Part shown: piece after piece, positions 10,147 to 22,951 of the stretch
Position numbering within the stretch: the stretch's first letter is position 1
How the letters are laid out: each line of letters starts with the position of its first letter
DNA from: Candidatus Caccoplasma merdavium
GTDB lineage: Bacteria; Bacteroidota; Bacteroidia; Bacteroidales; UBA11471
Assembly (NCBI GenBank): GCA_018715595.1
Contig: DVLI01000002.1
Span: 6,023 to 70,022 of the forward strand
Direction: 5' to 3'
Length of the DNA: 64,000 nucleotides
The notes under the pieces: model-generated
The model's input: the letters and a program-made list of their open reading frames with translations, nothing else
Database searches by the model: none
What the model was told of the DNA's origin: nothing
Program-made: the position numbers and the translations under genes

Positions 10147-10164
10147 TACCCTTGCTGTTGATGT

Positions 10165-10206
10165 GACAGAGGGGAGAGTCTCGATGGCTCTCCCCTCTGT
10201 CGTTTT
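10165..10206. terminator. hairpin plus T-run between the convergent slyD and gpsA
   Basis: Perfect 14-bp stem 'gacagaggggagag'/'ctctcccctctgtc' followed by 'gtttt'. Confidence 0.6.
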
Positions 10207-10225
10207 GGGTCATGAAGGCAGGTGG

Positions 10226-11224
10226 TTAATGAAGCATCTCGGCCAGTTGCCGCAATTCGTTGGGAATCGATTTGCGTTTGTAGAGAATGTTATACACGGC
10301 ATTCAGAATGGGCATTTCTACCTGCAACTTTTCGTTGATTTCGGTAATGCACTTGGTGCCGTAGTAGCCTTCGGCAATCATCTCCATCTCGGTCTGTGCG
10401 GCCTTTACCGAGTATCCTTTGCCAATCATGGTGCCGAAAAGGAAGTTGCGGCTGAACCGTGAATAGGCTGTTACCAGCAGGTCGCCCAGATAGGCCGGCT
10501 CGCAGATGTTGCGGGGCATGGGGTTGGCCACGTTCACAAACCGTTGGAGTTCCTGAATGGCGTTCGACACCAGTACGGCTTGCAAGTTGTCGCCATACTT
10601 CATGCCGTTGCATATTCCGGCCGCAATGGCATAGACGTTTTTCAGCACGGCGGCATATTCGATGCCTTCGACGTCGGTCGAGGTGGTGGTGCGCATGAAC
10701 GGGGTGCGCAGCAGGTCGGCCGCGATTTGGGCGTTGCGCAGGTCGGGGCATCCGATGGTGAGGTAGGAGAGGCGTTCGAGGGCCACCTCCTCGGCGTGGC
10801 AGGGGCCGCCGATGACAGCCAGGAGATTGCCGGGTACCTTGAAGTTCTTTTTCAGGTAATCGGTAATGATTTGGTTTTCATCGGGTACGATGCCTTTGAT
10901 GGCCGAGATGATGAATTTGTCTTGCAGGGCTTTGCTTTTCAGCTTTTTGAGCTGGGCCTTGATGTAGGGCGACGGTGTGACCAGTATCAGCGTGTCAGAC
11001 TCCTTGACGACATTGTTGATGTCGACAGAGAATCCGATGCGGCTGATTTCGAATTTCACGCTCGACAGGTACATCGGGTTCCTTCCCGAACGGATAAACT
11101 CCTCGATGGTGTTTTCGTTGCGGATATACCAGTTGATGGAGTCGGCATTGCACAAGACAAGTTTTGCAATGGCGGTAGCCCAAGTGCCGCCTCCGATGAT
11201 GGCTACTTTTCCCGGGAGATTCAT
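10226..11224 (-). CDS. gpsA: NAD(P)H-dependent glycerol-3-phosphate dehydrogenase
   Basis: 332-aa ORF. Rossmann motif 'KVAIIGGGTWATAIA' and GpsA-like core ('GPCHAEEVA', 'LKNVYAIAAGI'). Confidence 0.92.
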   Translation of the reverse strand: MNLPGKVAIIGGGTWATAIAKLVLCNADSINWYIRNENTIEEFIRSGRNPMYLSSVKFEISRIGFSVDINNVVKESDTLILVTPSPYIKAQLKKLKSKALQDKFIISAIKGIVPDENQIITDYLKKNFKVPGNLLAVIGGPCHAEEVALERLSYLTIGCPDLRNAQIAADLLRTPFMRTTTSTDVEGIEYAAVLKNVYAIAAGICNGMKYGDNLQAVLVSNAIQELQRFVNVANPMPRNICEPAYLGDLLVTAYSRFSRNFLFGTMIGKGYSVKAAQTEMEMIAEGYYGTKCITEINEKLQVEMPILNAVYNILYKRKSIPNELRQLAEMLH

Positions 11225-11257
11225 CGTTATTCCTCCTCTATTTTGGTTCGTCCTCTT

Positions 11258-12985
11258 CTATCGGGCATTTTCGACCCATGCTTTCACCTCTTCGGGGGTG
11301 GGGTTGGCCAGTTCGAGTTTGAACTTTTTGTTCAGCCCGCACAGGTCTTGTTGAAGTTTGTTGGGGTTGGCTCCCGACAAGGCTTCGAGGGTGAGATACC
11401 CGGCTTTCTGTATGGCCGGAATCCATTCTTTGGGAACGCCGATGCCGATGTATGCGCTTTCGGGGTCTTTCTTCTGGGTTTTCTCGGGACGCATCTGCGG
11501 GAAGAAGAGAACTTCCTGTATGGTCGATTGCCCCGTCATGAGCATGACGAGACGGTCCATGCCGATGCCCATGCCCGATGTGGGGGGCATACCGTATTCG
11601 AGGGCGCGTATGAAATCGTTGTCGATAAACATCGCTTCGTCGTCGCCTTTTTCCGAGAGCCGCAGTTGCTCTTCGAAGCGGTAACGCTGGTCGATGGGGT
11701 CGTTGAGCTCGGAGTAGGCGTTGCACAACTCTTTCCCGTTGACCATCAACTCGAAGCGCTCGGTCAGCTCGGGGTTGTTGCGGTGACGCTTGGTGAGCGG
11801 CGACATCTCGATGGGATAGTCGGTGATGAAGGTGGGTTGAATGAAGTGCCCTTCGCATTTCTCGCCGAAAATCTCGTCGATGAGTTTGCCTTTGCCCATG
11901 GTGTCGTCGATTTCGATGTCGAGACGGTGGCACACGTCGCGCAGCTGCTCTTCGTCCATGCCGGTGATGTCGACCCCGGTAAACTCCTTGATGGCGTCGG
12001 TCATCGTGATGCGTTTATAGGGAGCCTTGAAGTCGATGAGGTTGTCGCCCACCTGCACCTGGGTAGTGCCGTTCACGTCGAGGGCGATTTTTTCGAGCAT
12101 CTGTTCGGTGAAGTTCATCATCCAGTTATAGTCCTTGTAGGAGACGTATATCTCCATGCAGGTGAACTCGGGGTTGTGCGTGCGGTCCATGCCTTCGTTG
12201 CGGAAGTTCTTCGAGAACTCATACACCCCTTCGAATCCGCCCACGATGAGGCGTTTGAGGTAAAGCTCGTCGGCGATGCGCAGGTAGAGCGGTATGTCGA
12301 GCGCGTTGTGGTGGGTGATGAAGGGCCGTGCGGCGGCACCGCCGGGAATCGATTGGAGAATGGGGGTTTCTACCTCCATGTAGCCGCGCGAGTTGAAAAA
12401 TTCGCGCATGGAGTTGTAGACCCGGTTGCGCTTGATGAAAATCTCTTTTACTCCTTCGTTCACGACGAGGTCGACGTAGCGTTGGCGGTAACGCAGTTCG
12501 GGGTCTTCGAAGGCATCGTAGACGACACCGTCTTTTATCTTCACGATGGGCAGCGGGCGTAACGATTTCGACAAGACGGTGAGCTCTTGTGCGTGAATGG
12601 TGATTTCTCCCATTTGGGTGCGGAACACAAAACCTTTGATGCCGATGAAGTCTCCGATGTCGAGCAGCTTTTTGAATACGGTGTTGTAAAGTTCTTTGTC
12701 TTCACCGGGGCAGAGGTCGTCGCGGGAGATGTAGACCTGTATGCGGCCTTTCGAGTCTTTGAGTTCGATAAAGGAGGCCTTGCCCATGATGCGGCGGCTC
12801 ATGATGCGGCCGGCAACCGATACTTCGCGGCGGGGGGCGTCGTCGGAGAATGTTTCTTTGATTTCGTCGGTATAAGCGTTTACGAGGTATTCGGCGGCAG
12901 GATAGGGGTCGATGCCCATCTTGCGCATTTCGTCGAGGCTGTTGCGACGAATGATTTCTTGTTCGCTCAGTTCGAGTATGTTCAT
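11258..12985 (-). CDS. lysS: lysine--tRNA ligase
   Basis: 575-aa ORF. '[17 protein letters not shown]', class II core '[20 protein letters not shown]', '[15 protein letters not shown]'. Has the C-terminal extension seen in Bacteroidota LysS. Confidence 0.96.
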   Translation of the reverse strand: MNILELSEQEIIRRNSLDEMRKMGIDPYPAAEYLVNAYTDEIKETFSDDAPRREVSVAGRIMSRRIMGKASFIELKDSKGRIQVYISRDDLCPGEDKELYNTVFKKLLDIGDFIGIKGFVFRTQMGEITIHAQELTVLSKSLRPLPIVKIKDGVVYDAFEDPELRYRQRYVDLVVNEGVKEIFIKRNRVYNSMREFFNSRGYMEVETPILQSIPGGAAARPFITHHNALDIPLYLRIADELYLKRLIVGGFEGVYEFSKNFRNEGMDRTHNPEFTCMEIYVSYKDYNWMMNFTEQMLEKIALDVNGTTQVQVGDNLIDFKAPYKRITMTDAIKEFTGVDITGMDEEQLRDVCHRLDIEIDDTMGKGKLIDEIFGEKCEGHFIQPTFITDYPIEMSPLTKRHRNNPELTERFELMVNGKELCNAYSELNDPIDQRYRFEEQLRLSEKGDDEAMFIDNDFIRALEYGMPPTSGMGIGMDRLVMLMTGQSTIQEVLFFPQMRPEKTQKKDPESAYIGIGVPKEWIPAIQKAGYLTLEALSGANPNKLQQDLCGLNKKFKLELANPTPEEVKAWVENAR

Positions 12986-13075
12986 TGGTTTCTTAATTTC
13001 TTTCCAGCTCGGGAGATGGGTTTTCTCCCGGGCTGGGTTAATGTATGATTTCTTGGGTGGAACGGCTTCCGGGTG

Positions 13076-16381
<3,306 letters not shown>

Positions 16382-16470
16382 AGTGGTATTACGGTTGTGT
16401 TATTTAGTGCGGTTATATAAAATGGCGCATGTGCCACCCCTCTTTCGAGGCAGGAGGACACAATACGGTG

Positions 16471-16478
16471 CAAAGATA
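16471..16478 (-). promoter_or_regulatory. -7 box TATCTTTG upstream of secA
   Basis: The reverse complement of 'caaagata' matches TAnnTTTG, ~90 nt upstream of the secA ATG. Confidence 0.45.
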
Positions 16479-16585
16479 GTGAAAATGCTTGAATTTCGGG
16501 CTTTTTCTCCCATAAAATAGCTTTAAGGGCGCACTTCCTCTCGCTTGGAGGGTCGAGGGGTGCCGCGGTGGGCGGGAGGGGAGGG

Positions 16586-17761
16586 TCAGAGACGTCCGTT
16601 TTTCTGCTCGATTTTGAGCCATGCGATGCTGCGGACTGCCGGTATGAGCGCCAATGGGATAAAGGCCGGATTGAACTTTTGCGGCAGGAATGGCATCGCC
16701 ACGAGGGTCGCCAACGTGACGAGCAGCAGCAGCGACATGAGCTGCGTCGTGATGCGCTTGCGGGGGGCAAATGCTTCGCACAGGGCAATGACCCACAGCA
16801 GGGGGTGGCACCACAAGACCGAGTAGTTGGGCGATGTGGCCGGGTGTATCGAGATGAAGATAAGGAAAAACAACACGCAGCCGAATAGCCCATAGAGCCC
16901 GAAGATCACATAGTCGGGGGCGCGTATGTGGCGGCCCCGGCCATACTCCCACATCGAGAATACGACGACAAGGGCGAAGAGCAGCGTGAAGACGACGGTG
17001 GGCGTAAACGGCGTCGGGGCGTTCTCGTCGAGAGCGCCTTGGGCACCGGCATAGGTATGGGTCTCTCCGGTCAATAACCGCACCGTACCGTCGCTTTCGA
17101 TGATACGCGCCTCCTCGGCGCAACTGCGGTAAATCGAGGGGAGGAACATTTGTTCCCGAAGGGTGAGGGTGCGGTCGAGCGGAGCTCCCAATGCGAGGTC
17201 GATGCCGAAGGTCAGCCACGGGTGGTTGCGGGTGTGGCGGTGTATGAGCTCCCTGAATGTCGTCGTGGTCGTGTCGCTTGGGTTGTAGGCAATCTGGCCT
17301 GAGATGCAGCGCTCTATTTTGTCGCGCGGACGGGTGGCGCAGTTGTCGAAGAGAAAGTTGTAGCGGTAGATGCGTCGGCCGGGCTCCATGTTCAGGAGCA
17401 ACGTGTCGAGCAGTCGGCCTGCCTCGTCGCCCGAGAGCAGAAGCTCCTGCTCATACACCGTGCTGCCGCGCAGCACATAGCTGTAAACGAAGTCTCTGTA
17501 TCCTGCGGCACCGATGCTGTAATCGGTCTCCCCCTTGGTGAAACGGTAGAAAAAATGGGGGGCGTTGAAGTCGAACACGCCGTAGTGGAAGACAATATCG
17601 TTGCGGCCGTCGCGTATGCGTATGCCGGTGTGGCCGAAAAGCTCATACGACTGGCTTCCCGGTGCGGCCGTGAGGAGCGATACGCGCAGGCTGTCGACCC
17701 GCTCGGCTACGGCGGGAACGCAGAAAATAAGTGACAGCAGGCAAAAGTAAAACTTCCTCAT
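16586..17761 (-). CDS. DUF4105 (Lnb N-terminal periplasmic domain) membrane protein
   Basis: ORF 16586..17866 trimmed to '[19 protein letters not shown]' (signal peptide). '[13 protein letters not shown]...[16 protein letters not shown]' is typical of DUF4105. The C-terminal half is multi-TM. Confidence 0.8.
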   Translation of the reverse strand: MRKFYFCLLSLIFCVPAVAERVDSLRVSLLTAAPGSQSYELFGHTGIRIRDGRNDIVFHYGVFDFNAPHFFYRFTKGETDYSIGAAGYRDFVYSYVLRGSTVYEQELLLSGDEAGRLLDTLLLNMEPGRRIYRYNFLFDNCATRPRDKIERCISGQIAYNPSDTTTTTFRELIHRHTRNHPWLTFGIDLALGAPLDRTLTLREQMFLPSIYRSCAEEARIIESDGTVRLLTGETHTYAGAQGALDENAPTPFTPTVVFTLLFALVVVFSMWEYGRGRHIRAPDYVIFGLYGLFGCVLFFLIFISIHPATSPNYSVLWCHPLLWVIALCEAFAPRKRITTQLMSLLLLVTLATLVAMPFLPQKFNPAFIPLALIPAVRSIAWLKIEQKNGRL

Positions 17762-17947
17762 GGCGTTTTTTCTGATGCGGCAATGCCGGGTTGTCCTTGT
17801 ACGCTTCCCGGCGGCTTGTGTGCATTTTCGGCCGATAAAGGTACGCTTTTTTTCAAAAGTAACCATTGCTATCCCGCTCTTTTTGCATTTGTGCTCGATT
17901 CTGCGAAAAATATTTTCCTATTGTTTGCCGATTTCTGTGAAAATATC

Positions 17948-17955
17948 TAATTTTG
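17948..17955 (+). promoter_or_regulatory. -7 box TAATTTTG upstream of pgi
   Basis: Matches TAnnTTTG, 33 nt before the ATG at 17988. A TTTG lies ~20 nt further upstream. Confidence 0.5.
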
Positions 17956-17987
17956 AGAAAAAGAAAAACACAAGTAATCGAAATACT

Positions 17988-19319
17988 ATGGAAACAATCA
18001 GATTTTCTTACGAAAAAGCCCTTGGTAAGGGGGCTGTTGAGGCTGTGGCCGCAGAAGCTGCCGCCGCACAGGAGACATTGCACGCCGGTAATGGCAAAGG
18101 AAACGACTTCTTGGGGTGGCTCCATCTGCCCTCGTCGATAACCCCGGCTTTCCTCGATGAGGTCGAGGCCGTGGCCGCCTCTCTGCGGGAACGTTGCGAG
18201 GTGGTTGTCGCTATCGGCATCGGCGGCAGCTACCTGGGTGCCAAAATGGTGGTGGAGGCGCTGTCCGACTCATTTGCCCACCTCAAAGCAGCCGGCGGCA
18301 CACAAGTGCTTTTCGCCGGTCAGAACATCGGAGAAGACTACCTTTATGAATTGCAGGAACTTCTTCGCGGCAAACAGTTCGGCCTCATCAACATTTCCAA
18401 GTCGGGAACCACGACCGAACCGGCCATCGCTTTCCGCCTGTTGAAAAAACAACTCGAAGACCAGGTAGGAAAAGCCGAGGCACAAAAACGCATCGTGGCC
18501 GTGACCGACGCTGCCCGGGGTGCCCTGCGCAAACTGGCCGACATGGAAGGTTACAAGACCTTTGTCATTCCCGATAACGTGGGCGGGCGTTTCTCGGTGC
18601 TCACTCCCGTGGGTTTGCTGCCCATAGCCGTGGCCGGTTTCGACATCAAACAACTCGTGGGCGGCGCTGCCGACATGGAAAAAGCCTGCGCCGAAACGGT
18701 ACCTGCCGGGCAAAATCTCGCCTTGCAATATGCTTCGGCCCGCAACGTGCTTTATCGCCAAGGCAAGAAGGTCGAAATTCTGGTCAACTTCAATCCGAAG
18801 CTGCACTTCCTCGCCGAGTGGTGGAAGCAACTCTATGGCGAGAGCGAAGGAAAAGACCACAAGGGTATATTCCCGGCTTCGGTCGATTTTACTACCGACC
18901 TCCATTCGATGGGTCAATGGATTCAAGATGGCGAACGCACGATTTTCGAAACCGTCGTTTCGGTGAAGAATATGAAGCACGAATTGGCGATTCCTGCCGA
19001 TGAGGAGAATCTCGATGGCCTGAATTTCCTGGCCGGGAAGCGCATCGATGCCGTCAATAAGATGGCCGAATTGGGTACGCAGATTGCCCACGTCGACGGC
19101 GGCGTTCCCAACTTGAAGATAGAAATACCCGCCATTACCGAATATTATCTCGGGCAACTTATCTATTTCTTCGAGAAAGCCTGTGGCATTAGCGGCTATA
19201 TGCTGGGTGTCAATCCGTTCGACCAGCCCGGTGTAGAGGCTTACAAGAAGAATATGTTTGCCTTGCTCGATAAACCCGGATACGAAGCCGAGAGCAAAGC
19301 CATCAAGGCTCGCTTGTAA
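17988..19319 (+). CDS. pgi: glucose-6-phosphate isomerase
   Basis: ORF 17760..19319 trimmed to '[13 protein letters not shown]'. '[15 protein letters not shown]', '[11 protein letters not shown]' and '[14 protein letters not shown]' are PGI signatures. Confidence 0.95.
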   Translation: METIRFSYEKALGKGAVEAVAAEAAAAQETLHAGNGKGNDFLGWLHLPSSITPAFLDEVEAVAASLRERCEVVVAIGIGGSYLGAKMVVEALSDSFAHLKAAGGTQVLFAGQNIGEDYLYELQELLRGKQFGLINISKSGTTTEPAIAFRLLKKQLEDQVGKAEAQKRIVAVTDAARGALRKLADMEGYKTFVIPDNVGGRFSVLTPVGLLPIAVAGFDIKQLVGGAADMEKACAETVPAGQNLALQYASARNVLYRQGKKVEILVNFNPKLHFLAEWWKQLYGESEGKDHKGIFPASVDFTTDLHSMGQWIQDGERTIFETVVSVKNMKHELAIPADEENLDGLNFLAGKRIDAVNKMAELGTQIAHVDGGVPNLKIEIPAITEYYLGQLIYFFEKACGISGYMLGVNPFDQPGVEAYKKNMFALLDKPGYEAESKAIKARL

Positions 19320-19334
19320 ACCGGACATGATGTA

Positions 19335-19371
19335 AAGCGGCCGCGCTTTTCGGGGCACGGCCGCTTTTTTC
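19335..19371 (+). terminator. rho-independent terminator after pgi
   Basis: Stem 'aaagcggccg'/'cggccgcttt' followed by a T-run. Confidence 0.65.
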
Positions 19372-19422
19372 TAACAACCTTTTTTGACCGAATGACATCG
19401 GGCGACTTTTTAAAAATCTTTT

Positions 19423-19617
19423 ATGGACAGAACGACAAGTATAATTCTCTTTATTGTTTGTGTAATTGCGGTTGTAATGCTCTCTTATTTCGATTTGCGT
19501 TCCGACGTGAATTCCTGGTGGCCTGCTTTGAAAAATTCATGGTTGGGCATTTTATTCTATCTGTCAATTTTGGCGGTTATCCTCCTTTTTGTATGGCTCT
19601 ATTTCTTGGCGAATTGA
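19423..19617 (+). CDS. small hydrophobic 2-TM protein (64 aa), paralog 1
   Basis: ATG start. 'MDRTTSIILFIV...LFVWLYFLAN'. Two predicted TM helices. Visibly lower GC than neighbouring genes. Has a paralog immediately downstream. Confidence 0.55.
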   Translation: MDRTTSIILFIVCVIAVVMLSYFDLRSDVNSWWPALKNSWLGILFYLSILAVILLFVWLYFLAN

Positions 19618-19646
19618 TGACGTGGAAAAATTTTTAACAGATTCTT

Positions 19647-19829
19647 ATGGACAAAACGACAAGTATAATTCTCTTTATCGTCTCTTTGGCTGTTTTTGTG
19701 GCAATCATTTATTATTATGTGTTTTCCGATAAGGAATTCACTCGCTATTTTCTGAAAATGGCTGGTTTGGGAATTATAATTTTGGCGGTTGTCGTCCTTT
19801 TTATATGGCTCTACTTCTTGGCGACTTGA
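19647..19829 (+). CDS. small hydrophobic 2-TM protein (60 aa), paralog 2
   Basis: 'MDKTTSIILFIV...LFIWLYFLAT'. Same N- and C-terminal motifs as the upstream ORF. The first ~36 nt of the two coding regions are nearly identical. Confidence 0.55.
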   Translation: MDKTTSIILFIVSLAVFVAIIYYYVFSDKEFTRYFLKMAGLGIIILAVVVLFIWLYFLAT

Positions 19830-19838
19830 TAAATAAAA

Positions 19839-19866
19839 ACAGGCCGTTATTTTCATAACGACCTGT
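19839..19866. terminator. hairpin between the small-protein genes and the convergent tRNA-Gly
   Basis: 'acaggccgtta'...'taacgacctgt' stem with one mismatch. Confidence 0.4.
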
Positions 19867-19877
19867 CTTGAAAAGCG

Positions 19878-19950
19878 AGCGGCAAACGGGGTTCGAACCC
19901 GCGACCCTCAGCTTGGGAAGCTGATGCTCTACCAACTGAGCTACTGCCGC
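19878..19950 (-). tRNA. tRNA-Gly (anticodon CCC)
   Basis: The reverse complement folds as a cloverleaf: acceptor GCGGCAG/TTGCCGC, anticodon loop TTCCCAA, T-arm GCGGGTTCGAACCCCGT. 73 nt, CCA not encoded. Confidence 0.9.
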
Positions 19951-19976
19951 CTGTTTCCTTGTTGGAAATGCGACAG

Positions 19977-19984
19977 CAAAGTTA
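19977..19984 (-). promoter_or_regulatory. -7 box TAACTTTG upstream of tRNA-Gly
   Basis: The reverse complement of 'caaagtta' matches TAnnTTTG, 26 nt upstream of the tRNA 5' end. Confidence 0.5.
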
Positions 19985-20078
19985 GTACATTTTTCTCTTT
20001 TTGCAACAAAGAATGTGTTTTTTATTTATTCCTGTTGCTTCTGAGGCTGGTTACAGTCGTGCCGCTCTTTGGGGGCGC

Positions 20079-21803
20079 TTATTTCTTTTTCTTCTTTTGC
20101 CCTCTCTGCGTTTTTGTTTTTTTGTCACCATCTCCCAGTTTGTCTATACCGAACATGTCTTCGTAGGCACTGAACGGTGTGCGGGTGTCGTTTGCCTCTG
20201 ACGAAGAGGCTCCCGTCTCCGGCTCTCGGCCTAAATTGCCGTTCCCCGGGGAAAATTCACCATTCGGGTCGCTCTCTCGTGGAATCATTCTGAGGCCGTT
20301 GGGGTCGATGGTTCCGGGATTCTGATAGGGACGGACATAGGTGCCCGGCGCGGCAAGCGGTCCTCGGCGGTAAGTGGCGAAGGGGATTCTTACGGGGGTG
20401 TTATCGATGTGCAGACCCTCATTTTCGATGGCATTGCGGACGATGGGGCTGAGTGTGCTCCTTTCGACTCGTATCGGCCTGTTGAAACGATAATAACCGA
20501 TGTCTGGAATGGAGAGGTTGTCGGGGTGAGCGTTCGTTGTGCCATTTATCATTCCCGATTCGTCGGGAATTTCTCTGAATATTTTTCGCGTACCAGCTTT
20601 GTTCATTGCGTGACCAACTGCGGTGGTTCCCAAGCCGGTCATAGCTCCTATGGCGGCACCTCTCAATGCATTCGAGGCGATCTCTCCGGCCGTGAGGTCG
20701 TCGCCTAAAATGAGATTTTGTCCGATGTCGTTAGATGCCGAGCCGATACCTCCGGCGATTCCTTGCGCGGCGATGTTTTTACCCAAGCGGTTGAAAAAGG
20801 GCTGTGTGGCGCGTATGCCTTTCATGGGGAGGAGCAGAGAAGTCCCGATGTCGACGCCGGCACCCAAAGCCGTTTGGCCGAGGCGCTGTGCCGTGGAAAC
20901 ATCTTCTCCGGTTCTTTCTTCGATAAGGTCGGCCTGCATATTGGTGCGTGCCCAGTTTTGAATAGTCGCATCGCCCGTACCCCCTAAGATGGCAAAGGGT
21001 GCAGTAATCGGATTTCTTGTGGCCGCGGCGGTGATGAGTGTTTTGGGAATTTCCCAGCCGATGCTGCCCACCGTACCCCAGCCTTTGGTCGGCCGGTAGT
21101 TTTTCTGTTCTTCGATGGCTTCGGCCATGCGTTGGATGCCCGTGCCGCCTTGGGCGATGTAGTCGTTGCGCCAGGCTTCGGCCTCTTCGGGGGTAGCGCC
21201 CTTGTAGTATTGCTGTTGCATGGCATACAGTCCGCGTATTTTTTCAGAGTCTTTCAAGATGGCCGCTTCATCTTCGGGGGTTCCTTCGCCGGCTTCGATG
21301 CGGTTCTGACGTTCGGCAATGCCTCGGCGCAACGTTTTTATGGAGCGGTTTATCTCCTGCACGTTGCCCCGGCTCAGTTCGGGATTCTCGTCGAGCGCCT
21401 GCAAGCCGTACCGGATTTCGTCTTCGTAATTTATGTTTTTCAGGAAGCGTCCATAACCGTAGCTGTAATTGTTTTTCCATTGGTCGAACGCTTGCTTGAA
21501 ACCTTCCCCGAATGTCGTAATGGGTTGCGGCTCGGCCGGTACACTGTCCGGTTGGACGTTTTGTGACAAGAGGGCGATGTTGGGGGCTTGCGGGTATTCT
21601 CCGGGTGTGAAATGGTACACGGGATAGGCGATGTAGTCTCGCGGGTCGGTCCAATACTCGGGAATGATATATTCGAGCGTGCTTGCCGGTTCGGGAGTGA
21701 CCACCGACAGATTGTCGGCAGGCATTCCGTAGTGAGAATAGTGGCCCAGCTGTCGTTGCAGTGTACTGTCGATTCGGGCCCAAGGTTTATGTGGATTGCT
21801 CAT
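20079..21803 (-). CDS. hypothetical protein, phage internal-virion/ejection-like (glycine-zipper hydrophobic core, poly-Lys C-terminus)
   Basis: 574-aa ORF, last gene of a tightly spaced three-gene operon. 'GAGVDIGTSLLLP...AAQGIAGGIGSASNDIG...LRGAAIGAMTGLGTTAVGHAM' and C-terminal 'DKKTKTQRGQKKKKK'. No family recognised. Confidence 0.7.
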   Translation of the reverse strand: MSNPHKPWARIDSTLQRQLGHYSHYGMPADNLSVVTPEPASTLEYIIPEYWTDPRDYIAYPVYHFTPGEYPQAPNIALLSQNVQPDSVPAEPQPITTFGEGFKQAFDQWKNNYSYGYGRFLKNINYEDEIRYGLQALDENPELSRGNVQEINRSIKTLRRGIAERQNRIEAGEGTPEDEAAILKDSEKIRGLYAMQQQYYKGATPEEAEAWRNDYIAQGGTGIQRMAEAIEEQKNYRPTKGWGTVGSIGWEIPKTLITAAATRNPITAPFAILGGTGDATIQNWARTNMQADLIEERTGEDVSTAQRLGQTALGAGVDIGTSLLLPMKGIRATQPFFNRLGKNIAAQGIAGGIGSASNDIGQNLILGDDLTAGEIASNALRGAAIGAMTGLGTTAVGHAMNKAGTRKIFREIPDESGMINGTTNAHPDNLSIPDIGYYRFNRPIRVERSTLSPIVRNAIENEGLHIDNTPVRIPFATYRRGPLAAPGTYVRPYQNPGTIDPNGLRMIPRESDPNGEFSPGNGNLGREPETGASSSEANDTRTPFSAYEDMFGIDKLGDGDKKTKTQRGQKKKKK

Positions 21804-21814
21804 GGATAATGGGG

Positions 21815-22282
21815 TTAGATGGGTGAATACATTCTTTCGACCTGTTTCTCGGCCTCTTGCGGGGTCATGCCGCGGGCAATCATCAGGTTGAAAAGGTGGA
21901 ATTTCTGTTGGTCCGACGCATCGCGTGTTGAGCCTGTCGGCTCAACGGGGGTGAGTCGTCGGGGTGGGGGCGTCATTTGTGACGGCAGTCGCCGCAAGAT
22001 ATAGAGAAAGCCCTCTTGTTGCGGATAGTCGCGGTGTGAACGGCAATGTTGCACGATAAGTTCTTCGAGTCGTTGGCCATTGTCGCCCGGCAGTTCGATT
22101 TCATTCTCTTTCCGGGGCCTTTTTGCCAGCAGGGTGAGCGTTTCGCCCAGTTGGTCGAACAGGTTGGCCGGGTTGCTGTTACCGTGCAACTTCGACATGA
22201 GACTGTTGAAAAAGCCTTTTCCGGTTGCCACGCCGTGACGAATGTCGCGTGTCTCGCGGTCGGCATGTTCTGTTTTTTTCAT
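21815..22282 (-). CDS. hypothetical protein (155 aa)
   Basis: ATG start. Gaps of 21 nt and 11 nt to the flanking ORFs on the same strand. No recognisable motif. Confidence 0.55.
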   Translation of the reverse strand: MKKTEHADRETRDIRHGVATGKGFFNSLMSKLHGNSNPANLFDQLGETLTLLAKRPRKENEIELPGDNGQRLEELIVQHCRSHRDYPQQEGFLYILRRLPSQMTPPPRRLTPVEPTGSTRDASDQQKFHLFNLMIARGMTPQEAEKQVERMYSPI

Positions 22283-22303
22283 ATCTCCTCCTTTCTTATG
22301 GGT

Positions 22304-22834
22304 TTAAACTCCTGCTCCCAGTGCGCTGCCGGCACTTCCTACAAGGGCGGAGGCAATTCGTGTGTAATTGTCGAGTGCTTGTGACATGGAGTCGTGTGCC
22401 GCTTGTCGGAACTGGTTGGCTTGTTGCGCCCACAGGTTATATTCCTGGTTGTTGAGGGCCATGGAGTTGTTGATGTAATTGTTGAGCACGTTGCTTTTCC
22501 AGTTCGACATGTTTGCGCCTATCTGGCTGTAAGTGTTGCCCATGAGGGTGGCGGCATTGTTTTGTTGGGCGGCGAGAGCTTCGGGCGTGGAGCCCATGAC
22601 GGCGGCCATGCTGTAATTCATCGCGTTTTGTTGACGCATCTGGTCCTGCATGCTGCGCATCATCGATTGCACGTCCGAGCGGTTCATGTAGTCTCCGTAA
22701 TACTCGCTGTTAAAGAAATTGTCGAGTTGCGCTTGCTGGCTGTTGAGCGTGTTCAGTGCCTGGGTTTGAGCGTTTTCGGCTGCACGTCGGTTACGGGCGT
22801 TGCGGATAATGCCGCTGAGTAAATTGACAATCAT
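22304..22834 (-). CDS. hypothetical Q/N/M/A-rich protein (176 aa) with a Gly/Ala-rich C-terminus
   Basis: First gene of the operon. 'AAQQNNAATLMGNTYSQIGANMSNWKSNVLNNYINNSMALNNQEYNLWAQQANQFRQ' and C-terminal 'ALVGSAGSALGAGV'. The composition resembles phage scaffold or internal proteins, but this is inference. Confidence 0.6.
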   Translation of the reverse strand: MIVNLLSGIIRNARNRRAAENAQTQALNTLNSQQAQLDNFFNSEYYGDYMNRSDVQSMMRSMQDQMRQQNAMNYSMAAVMGSTPEALAAQQNNAATLMGNTYSQIGANMSNWKSNVLNNYINNSMALNNQEYNLWAQQANQFRQAAHDSMSQALDNYTRIASALVGSAGSALGAGV

Positions 22835-22908
22835 AATATCTCTTCATTTTTTTTGAGGTTAATACTGCTTTTTGTAAAGAATCACATCACGCCGCAAATA
22901 TCACCCCG

Positions 22909-22916
22909 TAAATTTG
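22909..22916 (+). promoter_or_regulatory. -7 box TAAATTTG upstream of the small ORF/terminase operon
   Basis: Matches TAnnTTTG, 36 nt before the ATG at 22952. Confidence 0.5.
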
Positions 22917-22951
22917 TGACTCGATGTGATATTTATAAAATCGTAGAAACT

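Larger units (their letters stand above)
19421..19830 (+). repeat. tandem duplication (~2 x 200-225 bp) carrying the two small-protein genes
   Basis: 'tatggacagaacgacaagtataattctctttattgt' versus 'tatggacaaaacgacaagtataattctctttatcgt'. The 3' ends are also conserved ('tggctctatttcttggcgaattga' versus 'tggctctacttcttggcgacttga'). Confidence 0.6.

Noticed and set aside
10544-12562. 672-aa ORF antisense to gpsA and lysS
   Set aside because: It spans two unrelated, well-supported genes and their intergenic gap on the opposite strand. Its low-complexity V/G/E/F composition marks it as a shadow ORF.
17760-17987. N-terminal extensions implied by the ORF track (pgi from 17760, and similarly tsf to 932, nadK to 45703, sufS to 34140, the YgjP-like gene to 44100, portal to 30091, and DUF4105 to 17866)
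   Set aside because: The extensions overlap divergent genes or promoters, and a -7 box sits inside several of them. They have non-protein-like composition, and conserved N-termini begin at the internal ATGs.
19878-20078. tRNA-Gly as the attachment site of a prophage comprising block A
   Set aside because: The phage-like genes lie on the 5' (promoter) side of the tRNA, not beyond its 3' end. I saw no integrase and no direct repeat of the tRNA 3' end at the other block borders (25275-25330, 27541-27625, 32733-32793).
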